DNA of 64,000 bases from Takakia lepidozioides. Taxonomy: Eukaryota > Plantae > Bryophyta. Made by a program: the position numbers and the translations under genes. Location: assembly GCA_030704615.1 (NCBI GenBank), contig CM060734.1:11966001-12030000 (forward strand), read 5' to 3'. Under the pieces are notes generated by a model. That model saw nothing but the letters and a program-made list of their open reading frames with translations. It was not told where the DNA came from and did not search any database. This document shows, piece after piece, positions 35,701 to 47,889 of the stretch; the first letter of the stretch is position 1; every line of letters starts with the position of its first letter.

Positions 35701-38700
35701 CCTCTTTGTGGGACGTGTCTACATGCCTATGGGGGACCCTTAGTGTTGATGCAGATAAAGCCTTCGAGGATGTCAAGCTGGACTGTACTAAGTTTCTCGC
35801 CAAAGGCCACGTGGTGACTTGCTAGGTGACTTAGAATGTACTCATAGACATTGTTTGCCATAGCCTCGTGGCCATTGACCCCGCGCTCAGTTTGAGCGGA
35901 ACACAATGGGACAGAAACTACCTTTGTCAGGGGCTGACGCTGGTAGTATGACTTACCTTGGAACAGACTATTAATCCGAGTTTTCCAGATATCCTCTAGA
36001 ACACACAGGCATCAATCTGCTGTGTGTGGTTTGCCTAATAACTAGGCCCCAAAAGGGCCTGGGCTTTTCGTTCAGCCTCGAGACTTTCAAAGTTGGTAAA
36101 CAGAGGTTCAGGCACAATTCCCTTGATGGATTTAAAGAGGGTGTCTCTCTCATGAGAGTACCCAGGACAATGAATCAGAAAATGAATATTGTCTTCAGGT
36201 TGCCCACACAACGGGCAATTGCAATCCCTCTTTCCTCTCTGCATCTGTTTGCCGTTCAAAGGTAGGCTTCCCGCCCTGGGTTTGGATTTCAGTCTAGTGC
36301 CGAGGGTGGGTAAACCCTTGAGGTCATCCATGATGGCCTCTCCCATGTCACAGACTGGAAACAAGTTCAGGGAAGTTTTCTGCCTAACTACATTTTCATC
36401 AGACAATTTCCCGGCAACAGACATGGCTTTAGACACTACAGACTCTTAAGTCAGATTTATCCAGCAGGGTCAAGACTTGTGGGCTTAGATTCAGATCCTT
36501 GAGAATCTCTTCTACTCTCTTCCGCCAGGACTTAGCCTGTTTGACAGGGCGATCCTGTTTCCAAGATATAGAGTCAATTAACTTAGGATATCTGATATTA
36601 GACATATGTTGCAGCTGACCCCACCATCTGACCTTGAATTCATCTTGTCGGGAGCTTAAGGAAGGGATGCCAAACTCACCCGGAACAGCCTGTTTTGGAG
36701 CATGCTGACATGCACTCCTTAAGCACCCCCACTTGAATGGATTCTAGAGACTTAGCCTGGTTGGAGTTATCAACCCATACTGCAGATGCATACTCCAAGG
36801 GAGGCCTAATAACGCGAAGCATGGTTTTTGTTACTTTAAAGTTGATCCCTCTGCAAAGGAAAAATTTAGTGAGACCCAGAGCTTTGCGCTTGCCAGATTG
36901 AACGACTTTTTGAGTATGTGCATGCCAATTACAGTTGGAGGAAAATTCAACGCCAAGGTATGTGTAGGAAGGGAGGACCGGAATCTCTTGGCTTCCCCAC
37001 TGCCACTTGAGATCGCCTCCTCCCTCCCCTTGGTTGTTGAATGCCACCACTGCACATTTTCTGACGTTAGCCTCTAGCGTCATCCACAACATAAGGGCTG
37101 GTATGATGTCACCCACCCTTAACCCAAATCCCTCACTTTCCACATCCTCGAGGAGTTGATTGATGAAAACATTGAAGAGCCGAGGGGAGAGGGTACATCC
37201 TTGAGCTACACCTTGGTCGATGACAAAGAAGTTAGACTTCTGTCCATTAACAGTGACACAGCTTTTGGTGTGAGCGTACAAGTTATGGACAACTCTCCAC
37301 ATTTTTCCCTTGATCCCGCAAGACCAGAGGCGGAGCCATAGACCGTCTCTCCACACTGTGTCATAAGCCTTTTTGACATCCAAGAAGCAAACATAAGTGG
37401 GTTTCCCTTCTTTTTTCCTTCCCTGGATAATCTGGCTTAGAGTGAAGATATGATCCACACAGCCCCTGTTTCGCCGAAAGCCAGCTTGGCCTTCGTGAAA
37501 ACACCTCTAGATTCCAGATCAACCTCAAGACGAGTACTTATAACTCTGCAAAATATCTTGCCAACAGCATTGAGAAGCGTGATGCCACGATAGTTCTTAT
37601 ATAGATTGACCATGACCCCCTGTCGCCAGCGGAAGGGGATCATTTCAGTCTTCCAGATAAGGTTAAAGAGGAGAACTAGGGCCTCTATCATGGGACGCCA
37701 CCGTGCTTGATAAGCTCGTTGACTATGCCATCAGGACCACCTGCTTTATATCCATTTAGATGTTCAATTGCTTCCACAATCTCAGAAGAACTAATGGGAG
37801 CGTTGGAGAGATTGTACTCATAAGACGTTGTTTGCCGTAGCCTTGTGGCCATTGACCCCGCGCCCAGTTTGGGCGGGAACAAAAGGGACAGAACCTACCT
37901 CTGTCAGGGGCTGACGTTGGTAGTAAGACTTACCTCCATACAAGGAATTAATCCGGGTTTTCCAGATATCCTCTAGAAATCCCTTCACACAAGCATCAAT
38001 CTGCTGTGTGTGATTTGCCCAAAAACTAGGCCTCAGGAGGGCCTGGGCTTTTGGCTCAGCCTCGAGACTTTCAAAGTTGGTAAACAGGGGTACAGGCACA
38101 ATTCCCTTAATAGATTTGAAGAGAGCGTCTCTTTGGTGAGAGAACCCCGGACAGTGTATCAGAAAATGAATACTGTCTTCAGATTGCCCACACAACGGGC
38201 AATTGCACTCTCCCTTTCCTCTCTGCTTCTGTTTGCTGTTCAAAGGTAGGCTTCCTGCCCTGAGTTTAAATTTCAGTCTAGTGCCGAGAGTGGGTAGACC
38301 CTTGAGGTCATCCAAGATGTCCTCCCCCATGTCACAGACTGGAAACAAGTTCAGGGAAGTTTTCTGCCTAACTTCATTTTCATCAGACAATCTCATGGCA
38401 ACAGACATGGCTGAGGACACTACAGCCTCTAAGTCAGATTTATCCAGCAGGGTCAAGACTTGCGGATCCAGGTCCAGGTCCTTGAGGATCTCTTCTACTC
38501 TCTTCTGCCAGGACTTAGCCTGTTTGACAGGGCGGTCCTGTTTCCAAGATATAGAGTCGATTAATTTAGGATATCTGGTGTTGGGCATATGTTGCAGCTG
38601 ACCCCACCATCTGACCTTGAATTCATCTCGTCGGGAGCTTAAGGACGGAATGCCAAACTCACCCCGAACAGCCACATTGGCTGTTTTGGAGCATGCTGAC

Positions 38701-41700
38701 ATACACTCCTTAAGCACCCCCACTTGAATGGATTCTAGAGACTTAGCCTGGTTGGAGTTATCAACCCATATAGCAGATCCGTACTCCAAGGCAGGTCTAA
38801 TAACGCGACAAAGCATGGTTTTCTTAACCTCAGAGTTGACCCCTCTGCAGTGGAAAAATTTAGTGAGCCCCAGAGCTTTGCCCTTGCCAGTTTGAACAAC
38901 TTTCCGGGTATGTGCATCCCAATTACAATTGGAGGAGAACTCAACGCCCAGGTAAGTGTAGGAAGGGAGGACCGGGATCTCTTGGCTACCCCACTGCCAC
39001 TTAAGATCACTTCCTCCCTCTCCTCTGTCGTTGAATGCTACCACTGCACATTTGCTGACATTAGCCTCTAGCCCCCAAAGATCAAAGTATCTCTTCGCGC
39101 AATCAATCAACTCCTGGAGATTGGTTGGAGTCTCCCCTATGCCTGCGAAGTCATCCGCAAACATAAGGGCTGGTATGGTGGTATCACCCACCCTTAACCC
39201 AAATCCCTCACTTTCCACATCCTCGAGGAGTTGATTGATGAAAACATTGAAGAGAGAGAGTTGAGAGACCTGCAAGTAAGGGTGGTAGATGACAAAAGGT
39301 GCTGACGTTGCAAGTAGAGGCACCAGATGGTGAGCCACTACCCATGGATCCAGGTGTGGGGCCCCCACAATCAAGCTGCAGACATAACTCAACCCTTTTA
39401 ATTGCCATGACACACAGATGACAAGATAGAATCCACAGGTGTGACTAAAGCATAATGAACTCACTGGTTTATAAGCTTCTTGAAAGTTGATGAGTGTTCA
39501 ATCAATAACCGCAAGCTACAGTGATGTAACAGCAAAAACAAGGAACTTAGGAATGTTGGAAGAGATTGCCTTCACAGTTCTGGGAGAAGAATCATCCAAG
39601 ACGAAACCTGCAGTTTACCTTGTGAAACCTTGGCTTCCCCATCGAGCAACATCTTCAAAAGAAGCGGGTAGACCAGCTTTGCTAGCCACACTCAAATTTG
39701 CTGTAGAAACACTGATCCCATTGACTGGATGCTGAGCTATAACATCACTGCTGTCATGTTGTGGCCTTCTCTCCATGGTAACCACACCTGAAAGATAGCA
39801 ATGAGACATGTCAAAAAGAAAAAGGAGGAGATCGGCGATGTAACCATTGACTCTCCCTGTAATAGTTCTGAAATTCCCTTTTGATGCCAACTGTCCTGGA
39901 GCCCTGTTGGGGGGGATTAATCCACCAGGGTATGGAGACCAAAAAAAAAAGGCCCTCTTTAAATCTAACAGACCCAAAAGTTGAATAGCGACAATGGAAG
40001 TCCACCTGGTTTACCAGTCCGCTCCTCCACTTGCATATGGGTCTCACCCGTGGTCTTCCTCGCCCCTTCTTCCAAGGACAACTTGTTTTCCTTTTCGTTG
40101 TCACATTTGGATTCTGTGCGACTCAGCAATGGGATCTTAGAGCGCATCTGTTCCTCCATTGAAGGAGCTGCAGATAACTCCCACCCCACCTCCAGAGTAA
40201 GTCTGAATACTGTATCATTAGCAGAGTCACTCGCAAAAATATATCCAAGTGATATGGAGGGTCACCTATAGCAGACGGCAGGAATACTCTCTCTTGAACT
40301 GGTCTAAAGGGTTTCACACATGTCAACCGCCATAGTGTCTTGTCAACAACTGACTAGACAACCTATTGGAGAAATTGCCTCCCATGCTCAATCATGGTGT
40401 GTATTAAGGAGAGCACTAGGCCATGGCAATTGCCTTCGTTAGCCAATCACTTTTCTAGGTTTTAGTTGTGGCAATAGTCACAAAAAGAGTGAACACATCA
40501 AAATCAACAGCCGGTGAGGCAGTGTAGGAAGAGGGGACAATTCAAAGGAGATCTCGACTCCAAAAACCTATACAATTGAGCAACTTGCGCCCTCTCACCC
40601 CTTCAGGTTACTCCATCAAACATGAGCACCAGCTATAAAGCAGAACAAACAAAGCTAGGGTAAAAATTTCACTGTTTGGCAAGCTGCGAGGGGAGGAGAC
40701 TTGTAAATCAAGACAAGCAACGCCCCCTTCGACCTCTAGTGCCTTCGATGACTCATCCTTGACATCACGGGCAGCAATGAGCTGTGACAAAGGAGCCCGC
40801 AATACTCTGCACCATTGTTGTCACACATGTAAAAACTGGTTCTTACACCTGACTTTGACGCAAGCAAGAGAATAATATTCAGCTTTATATATGTTTGTAT
40901 ATGGCAAGAGTACTCATAACACTTGGCTTGCAATAGGCTTATGGCTATAAACAAGGGGCAACCTGTCAACAGAGCAGAACTGGGGGAAAGTATGGAGAAA
41001 GAGATACAGCGCGAACTCTACCCATTAAAAGGTTCTTGCCGGATCACTTTGTGACAGTGATCGCCATACTGCATGACTGAGACTATTATGTAGCAACAAG
41101 GGTGTTGCCCTGCTAGATACCAAACCTATCCAGCTAGCCGGTTAAACCAATGAAACTGCGAAATCGCTATCAAGATAGCACAGCTGCCAATTCTTAGAAA
41201 TTGTGTCATGGAGGGACAGAAAAGGGGTAGGTGGTGTAAAATCATCAGCAACCACCTGCTGGATGTGGAGACATCAAAATTGAAGAGGCGCATGATGTCA
41301 ATAGTCTGTGGCTTGGGTGTGTGAAATGTGCTGCATACCGAACCGTGACCTGATTATCCCATGCACAGCAGCCCCCTCAGGCATTGCTCCCCTCTCCTGT
41401 CATGACTTGCCCTCCCCCATTGCACCTTCAACAAGTGGCAAGCTGCGTAAATAGTTAAGAGAAAGCTGCAATGCACACAACCAGAAGACCTTTCCATGCT
41501 CTCAGGTAAATCGGATTTGACTCAATCCAACGTTAAAAAATGCCCTACCTCCCAACCGCTCTGCAACTGCAGCAGTAAGAAGTCCTCCAAGCATATCAAG
41601 GACAAGCACTTCAGCATCAGCACCCACATTAGAAAGAGACAGAAGGAGTGCCAGCATGTCCATTCGCAAAAACCTGGCCACACATTTTGCAATGGTCGGA

Positions 41701-44474
41701 TTAGTTCTCATCTTTGGGCTGGTTTTGCTCAAGCTGGTAGGAAAAATCATGCACCCTCACTTTCCATCACACACACTTAGTACGCACCTATTCTTCAAAG
41801 TTCAACAGAATTCCCCAGGATCAAATATATTTGGAGTAATGATGACCTATACTACATTCAGTGTCAGTTCTAGGCTGTGTTGATGGATCACAAAAGAATG
41901 GGCATCGTGATTTTCCACTTCATTGCCAAGTTTACTCTTGGACAATCCAGCAGCAAGAACACAAGTTTGGTGAGCAGTCCCATTTATCCAGCTTGTCATA
42001 AAGTGATTACGCCAGGTGAGATTGAAATACTAAACATTTTCTGAATTGTTATTGCTACAATACTCCTGGGCACAAATGTGGCCTGACTAAAACTTGTTAT
42101 TGGCCACCAGCAACTAAAGAGCACAAATGCAACCTGCCCAGCCAGTGGTTTTTTTTTTCAATTTTCCAAAATCGCCACAAAGGCTACATGTAAATTCTAT
42201 CCAGTGCCCATGTGGCGAGAATAACGAGGTGGCAGGCTTAGAAAAGTGGCTATGTAACAGGTGTCACATTGTAACAGGTCCACGTAGGAAAATTCTGGCT
42301 CCTGATATTTAACCGTTGGCGCTTTCTGGCGAATTTTTGGATTTTTACTCCCAAAATTCCTTTATAAAAGTAGCCGACCCATTTTCGAGGTCGAAATCTG
42401 GCAGCGAAAAACACTGCTGCCAGCAGTGGGCAAGTGACACAAGGCCAACATTTGGTAGGGCTATTCTGACACTTTCCTCAAGTAGCACCATCAGAAATTC
42501 TTATGATTGGAAATGCAATATAGGAATGGGAATAGCTACCATACCCAATTTTGTTGGGATCCTTGGCAAAGTAGGCTTCACAAACGCTGCAACCCAAAAG
42601 AATCAAACACTCCTTGCCATGTCATGCCAAACCACTTGCCACTGAGAACTGACAAGAGAATTAACATCTCCTGGACGCATCGCACCAGCACACGGTTAAC
42701 TGACCATCCTCCATCTCAAGCCAGGTGTACAACACCCACAGATATGTACTTGAACCAGAAGAACAACCCTCAAAATGCTATGAGGGTTGCACTTCACATG
42801 TGTCATCTCTTTTGCCCATCCCCGTTGACAAAGCAGAGTTAAGCGTTCCATATACTGACCTTTGATTACACTCACTCAAGTTACCCCGAGGATTCAAGAT
42901 GCCGAAATCATGCACACCTCTTAGCACCAAAAAGTATTAGATGTGAAGTCGGTTTGACCTATTCACCAATTTTTCTGACATGGATATGTTTAATCTGACG
43001 AGGGACTTAAGACTAAGGAGACTGACCTTCGAGCACAGGGGCACCTGACCACTACACGTGGGGCATACTTCTTTTGCTTCTTGCGCCTGTACTTCTCCTG
43101 CAGGGCACAGTTTATTGAACCTCACCAGTCTACACTGTTTTATATCCACTGATGCCATATGCCAGAAACAGGATAGCCAAAGGCCCCTCCTTCCTGAAAA
43201 TACAAGCTAATTTAAGTACCAGATATAATGTTCACATTTCTTTAGGACCATCCTATCCAAAACCTTGAGTAATTGCACTTTGATATTCCAGTCTGGTCTC
43301 TTGCGTTACCTGTGAAAAAGCGGTTTTACCCTCAAATGAAGCACTGTTGGCCACCAAAGCCTCCACAATTCCCTTCCCTGACACCCCCTCCCTGCACCCC
43401 ACTTCCAGTCAACCATGACCAACAGTACTTAGACTTGAACCCTCAAAACTCTAGCATAGCTCCTCAACCCTGGCCGGGGAATTGTCCCCCTGTAATGATA
43501 TAAATTTGTGATAAACCTTACACTGAAAGAATGTTTTGGGAGGAAGATCAAAATGCGAGATTTTCATACCTGCGCATCCTGCAAATGTCTTCGGCAGAGA
43601 GGGTTTGTGCAGTGTTATTGTCAACAAGACCTCGATTGTCCCGGCATTCAGCATCATCAACGTCATCACCCACCCCCTCTGCTTCATCTGCAAATAAGTT
43701 CAAAATCACTTCATTATCGGAGGGGTAGTGCACAGACTCCTGTCAAATTGCGAGTATCTGAATTGCTGTGAATCAAATGGCAGGTAGCAATCGGGAAGAG
43801 AGCCCTCATACAAGCCAACGTAATCTCACCTGAAGATGAAGGTGACAGTCGGACAAGGCAAGGACCATTTGACCCCGGTTGAACATCGAAATTGGATCCA
43901 AATGGACTGCCTACGAGGGGCTCTAGCGAACAGTGCGATTTTCCGATAGTCACCCTCCTGTTCTTCACATTTCGCAGAATCTTTCGTTCAGCAATCCAAA
44001 CTAACTAGAAAACGCAGTTTACATGACCCAATTACCACGCCAGGCACAGAAGAACTACGCCCCAGGGGCAGAGAGAAAATATAGCAGCATTGACCTAGGG
44101 TTCACTTTGCTGCAACAACTTTCATCCCGCAACGATGCTACACAATGCAGTGGAGCCAAAATCATATGACTTTATCATGACTTTATCAATTACGGTTCCA
44201 CTGGTCAAAAGGCAGTGTAAACCCATAAACCCTGAACCTCATAGTCACAATGTGATTTGCACATGCAGCCATATCCAGACCTCGAGATTGATTCGGCACA
44301 GATTGACACAAGACAAAGAGATGCGACGTACGCATTAGGATTGAGGTGGGCAAAGACGACGCGATCTCCATTATTGATATCAAGCAACACCGCACACCCA
44401 GGGGCCATCAAATGACTTCTTCCTCTTGCACCTGGACCTACATTTTGGCTACCCTCCACGCTCTCCAACTCCAT
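25769..44474 (-). CDS. TRM6: tRNA (adenine58-N1)-methyltransferase non-catalytic subunit; ca. 14 exons: 44474-44332, 43957-43830, 43687-43570, 43391-43310, 43097-43027, 42586-42545, 41673-41549, 41349-41256, 40806-ca.40733, ca.40190-40006, 39787-39619, 39375-39270, 26236-26150, 25855-25769
   Basis: Gcd10p-family motifs VLLDINNGDR, LVGSPFGS, RDNRGLVDNNTAQTL, IVEALVANS, SQEKYRRKKQKKY, FLRMDMLALLL, GGLLTAAVAERLGG, SAPFVIYHPYLQ-PLAECM, LSEPWLREYQ-VFPSRTHPHMQM and GGYVLSG. Junctions in the variable linker (40006-40806) are uncertain. One intron (39269-26237) is 13 kb. Confidence 0.93.
26750..27588 (-). mobile_element. LINE family 2 ((TC)n-tailed, RTEX/L2-like) copy A, 5'-truncated, young
   Basis: Open ORF2 C-terminus with CPLC...EDSSHFLIHC zinc motif, stop at 26785, 6-nt UTR gtacaa, then (TC)n tail. 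Confidence 0.9.
27589..32417 (-). mobile_element. LINE family 2 copy B, near full length (5' UTR, ORF1, APE-RT-Zn ORF2 with frameshifts and deletions)
   Basis: ORF1 31100..32083; APE LATFNFSG, GQETW, CVYMP, LLGDFNARVG, VDYII, TSDHFLV; RT KAGGRDG, YRGIMLL, FLDVKKAYDTV, QGCTLSP, LMFADDF; (TC)n tail at 27589-27608. Confidence 0.92.
31215..31620 (-). repeat. Three tandem ca. 135-bp (45-aa) coding repeats in LINE ORF1
   Basis: The unit PKC(T/A)EPERxxxEGFGTLNGLPILKVYTRRxxSIHGxxVP occurs three times, with minor variation, in ORF 31100..32083. Confidence 0.92.
32418..32655 (-). mobile_element. LINE family 2 copy C, short diverged 3' fragment
   Basis: HTQQIDACVKGFL...GHKATANNVS*, then gtacatt and (TC)n at 32418-32442. 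Confidence 0.85.
34239..35832 (-). mobile_element. LINE family 2 copy D, old and internally deleted, with 35562-35832 inverted
   Basis: 3' end at ca. 34253-34450; APE C-terminal part 34827..35560 on minus; APE segment KGVGFFV...GDF on plus at 35574-35832. Confidence 0.8.
35833..37804 (-). mobile_element. LINE family 2 copy E, 5'-truncated at the start of RT, frameshifted
   Basis: RT ORFs 36676..37458 and 37437..37691, Zn-motif ORF 36035..36436, 3' end gagtacatt at ca. 35835. Confidence 0.9.
37805..39260 (-). mobile_element. LINE family 2 copy F, 5'-truncated within RT, young, 9-18 nt downstream of a TRM6 splice donor
   Basis: Uninterrupted ORF from FNVFINQLL through LMFADDF to the stop at 37818. 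Only 3 aa differences from copy A over 256 aa. Confidence 0.92.
42143..42416. mobile_element. hAT-type MITE in a TRM6 intron
   Basis: Ends cagtggtttt ... aaaaacactg. Flanks ctgcccagc / ctgccagc (8-bp TSD with a 1-nt indel). Internal tcgcca/tggcga motifs. Confidence 0.7.
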
Positions 44475-44754
44475 GCCGCTCGCCTCTCTCTTCACACACA
44501 CGGGTTACACTGCGGAGCGATGGCAATCCTCCACACGCACTAGCAAAGAAAGTGGCGACTTCGCCTGTCACCGGGCGAATTAGCCAAGCCAGTAAGCGGG
44601 ACTATCGCGGGGAAGCGAACCAAGGATCGCTTCCCCCACAAATTCGCTTCGCCTTAGGGAAAGTAACTCGTATTTTCACATAGAGCGAAAGTCCGTTTTT
44701 ATAACTCCCAAACTAGCCGCAGGCCCAACTTTGAGCTTCGGCCGCTCGCCGGCA

Positions 44755-47160
44755 CATCACGTTCCTCCCATTTGCTCCCCATCGTAACCCTCAAATACGC
44801 GGGCTGAATGGAAATTCCCTTTTGGTTGTAGGCACACTTGGTCGTTTTTTGGCTCGTTTGTTTGCTTCACTAGCTTTTGGTCGCTTAACGGGCTTGTACC
44901 ATTCGCGTGGTTACTACTCCATATATATATTTTGTAGGTATCGACGGGGTCTCCCAAACAGCCCAAGTCTTTTTGGATAAATCACCACCGTGAACCTGGA
45001 CTCGCGTTAAGTGTCATGGTTTTAGTCAAGGTTAGTTAGAAATAGTTATTTCTAACTAAGTATGACATTATATATTTGTAGTTATATTTTGTTGGCATTG
45101 GGACTTCATTTGGTTCCATGTGTTAAGTGAGGTGACCAATCTCATTTGGGACGTGGAGAGGCTTATTTCCACGTGAGGCAGGAAGGCTCGTCTTCTTCTA
45201 GTCGAGCCTCCCAAGGCCTCCCTCACCGCCATAGCTCCAGTACTTGAGATGGAGTGTGTCGCATACCTCACTTCGGTAAGCTCCCCTTCAAGTCATAGTT
45301 ACTCGCTTTGATGTGCGCGCCTAACTACCAACCTGGCCGCCGGGCCAACTCGGAGCTTCGGCTGCTCACCGGGACATAACGGTCCCCCTTTTTTTCCCAA
45401 CAGACCCTCCACCAATTTGGGCCTAGTGGAAATTCCCTTTGGTAGATGGCAGTCCGGAATAGCTCCCCACTCCTTGGTCGCTTTCCGACTCGCTCGCTTA
45501 CTCACTAGTTTTTGGTCACCAACGGGCTTGTACCGTTTTCGGGGTTACTACTCCCTATATATACTTCTGTGACTATCCGCGGGGGTTTCACAAACAACCA
45601 TGTCATTTTATGGCGAACCACCACGAAGACCCTCGATTCCCAGTAATGAGTCGCGGTGAATCTTGGCCCACCCACCACGGCCCCACTGGACCGTGATGAG
45701 TCCCAAGACTCCCCACGACTCCCACCACAAGGTCTCCGCCCCATGGTGAGTCTTATGCCACCCCCACTAAATCCCACTAAATCCCACTAAGCTACCACCA
45801 CCCCTTGTGGGGCCACCCCCACCGCAACCCGGTTTGCGGGGCTCCACCTAGTGAGTGCCTCCGCCTCCTTGAGTGCCTTGGGCACTCAAGGGTGCTTCAG
45901 CCCCCCATACCTATTGCTGCCACCGCCCCCACCATAGGACAGCCCCTCTGCGTCCCGACCCCCTGCCCTCAAGGCAAAGGGCCGCGACAGAGTGTAAGTG
46001 AGGTCTATATGATGGAGTCTTTTAGCAAAGGTGCCATTGGCTTGACTTATATAAAATGATAGAGTGGGTTCATTGAGGCTTATCACTAGAAGAAGACCAT
46101 GCTCACATCTATGAGTGCAAGGTGTTAGCATTTAGTTTGCACTTGTATGCATGTATATGAGAGTTATGAGAGCTCTTACACCACAAGACTTGCATGGTTT
46201 TGCAAGGGAGAGTGATTGAATATGCACTTAGGGTTTCTGAGCTTGGAGAAAGAGCTCTTGTAGCACAAGAGGAGTGTCTTGTGTATGGGAAACATAGATG
46301 TTAGGGTTTCAGAAGCTTTGCAAAGCATTATGGAGTGAAGGCGTGCATGTCATGACATGTGGATAGCCATCAAAAGGCTATGGAGTGCTTAGTCTTACTC
46401 TAGTCAAACTAGGTTCAAGGTTTCCATGGTGTGGAAGAAGAACCAAGGAGCTGCGCGAACTTGGGCTTGAAGTACAAGGAAGGAAAAGGGGCTGATTTCT
46501 CTTATGTGAGAGTGAGACATATGTGGAGCATGCTTTCAGCCCATTGAGGCTTCTATTTTCAAGCTTAAAATAGAGCAAGAATTGAAGGGAGATGGTTGGT
46601 TTCCACTTATGTGAAGAAAAAGCACTTGTAGGGTATGTTTGAGTTGGGGTTTCAACTTCAAGCTTAAAATAAGTACGACTCTTGAAGCGGCAAGTGCAGG
46701 GGCTGGAATAGACGCTAGGGGGCGTGCTATGGCCAAGGAGAGCGCGTGAATGAGTGCTCACAAGGGCTGGAAATCAGCCATGCATGGTTAGTTGTCATGG
46801 GGATGTATGGCACGGCTCTTGTGAGTTAAAGGGAGAATGTGGACTTGATTTATGGCAAATATATTTCTTACGAGTTGGAGCTACCCTGGTGGTGTGTGGG
46901 AGTTGAAAAGAACAAGAAAACAGTCTGATGTCTTCATAGCCGCCATAGCCCGTTGCAAGGAAGCCTATGATCCAAGGATACACAAACCCTAGCTTGGTGT
47001 GGCTAAACCCATGGGAGAAATGGCTAAACTGCCAACAAAATCATGAGCCGCCATGACTCTACGACCATGACGATTAGGTCATGGCCCAGGAACCATGAGT
47101 GACCATGAGCGGGAATGTCAACCATGAGTGGAAACGCCGAGCGGGAACGTTGATCAGGAG
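44755..47160 (-). mobile_element. Old LTR-like sequence (related to the 45257-45989 LTR family), interrupted by a solo LTR
   Basis: 44870-44990 resembles 45505-45630 (actagcttttggtc..aacgggcttgtacc..ggttactactcc.tatata). Boundaries are uncertain. Confidence 0.45.
45257..45989 (-). mobile_element. Solo LTR with 5-bp TSD
   Basis: TGTCGC...GCGACA ends; gagtg at 45252-45256 and 45990-45994. Reverse-complement homolog of the LTR at 62794-63519. Confidence 0.93.
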
Positions 47161-47889
47161 CGGGAACCATGGTGCCATGACCCATGAATAAATTATTCTA
47201 GGAATATTCCTGATTTTTGGGAATCCATTGGGAACGTTTGGGAACCATGGTGCCATGAGCCATAAAAAGAATATTTTGGGAATATTCCTGATTTTGGAAA
47301 CTTATTGGAAACTTATTGGGAACTTTAGGAACTCATTGGGAACATTGGGAACCTATTGAGAACCATGGTGGCATGGGCCATGAGCGACCATGAAGGTCAA
47401 TGGATGATCGTGAGGCTGCGGATGAAATTTGACGCTCTTGGCTGAAAATTTGCATGACTTGCTAGATGCCTTTTGAGGCTTGTTTAAGGTCGGTTTGGGA
47501 TTTTTGGAGTTCAATTTGGTAGGCTTTTTGAGGTTTGGCGGACTGTTGGATAATTTGGATGGGTCCTTGAAGACCAGAAGACAAACATACCAGCAAAACA
47601 GAAGACCAAAGGACCAGTAGACCACCGGTGCTTTTCTTATGGTGAGGCTGGGTTGATGACCAACAGGTCATAGTGGTGTCTGCGGTGGATGCAGGTGTAG
47701 GTACAAGCCTATGCTAGGAACCTAGTATTCCAAGCCATAAGCTGCAACAGGTTCTACCCAGTTACCTTGTGGAAAGAGGGATTAGAGTTATGTTGACAGC
47801 CGGTTGAGTGTGAGTTTTTCATCACGGAGGTGCCACTAGTTGCTGAGGCGAATGCCGGTACGAGCACTAGCGATACTAGTGGGTACACG

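Noticed and set aside
37818-39464. A stand-alone 548-aa gene as listed in the ORF track
   Set aside because: It is a composite of intron sequence, one TRM6 exon and LINE copy F; reported instead as a possible read-through.
300-44474. Methyltransferase gene cluster (PMT, TRM6, LINE MTase-like domain)
   Set aside because: Unrelated families and pathways (Golgi-type DUF248, tRNA m1A58, TE-borne); nothing in the sequence links them beyond proximity.
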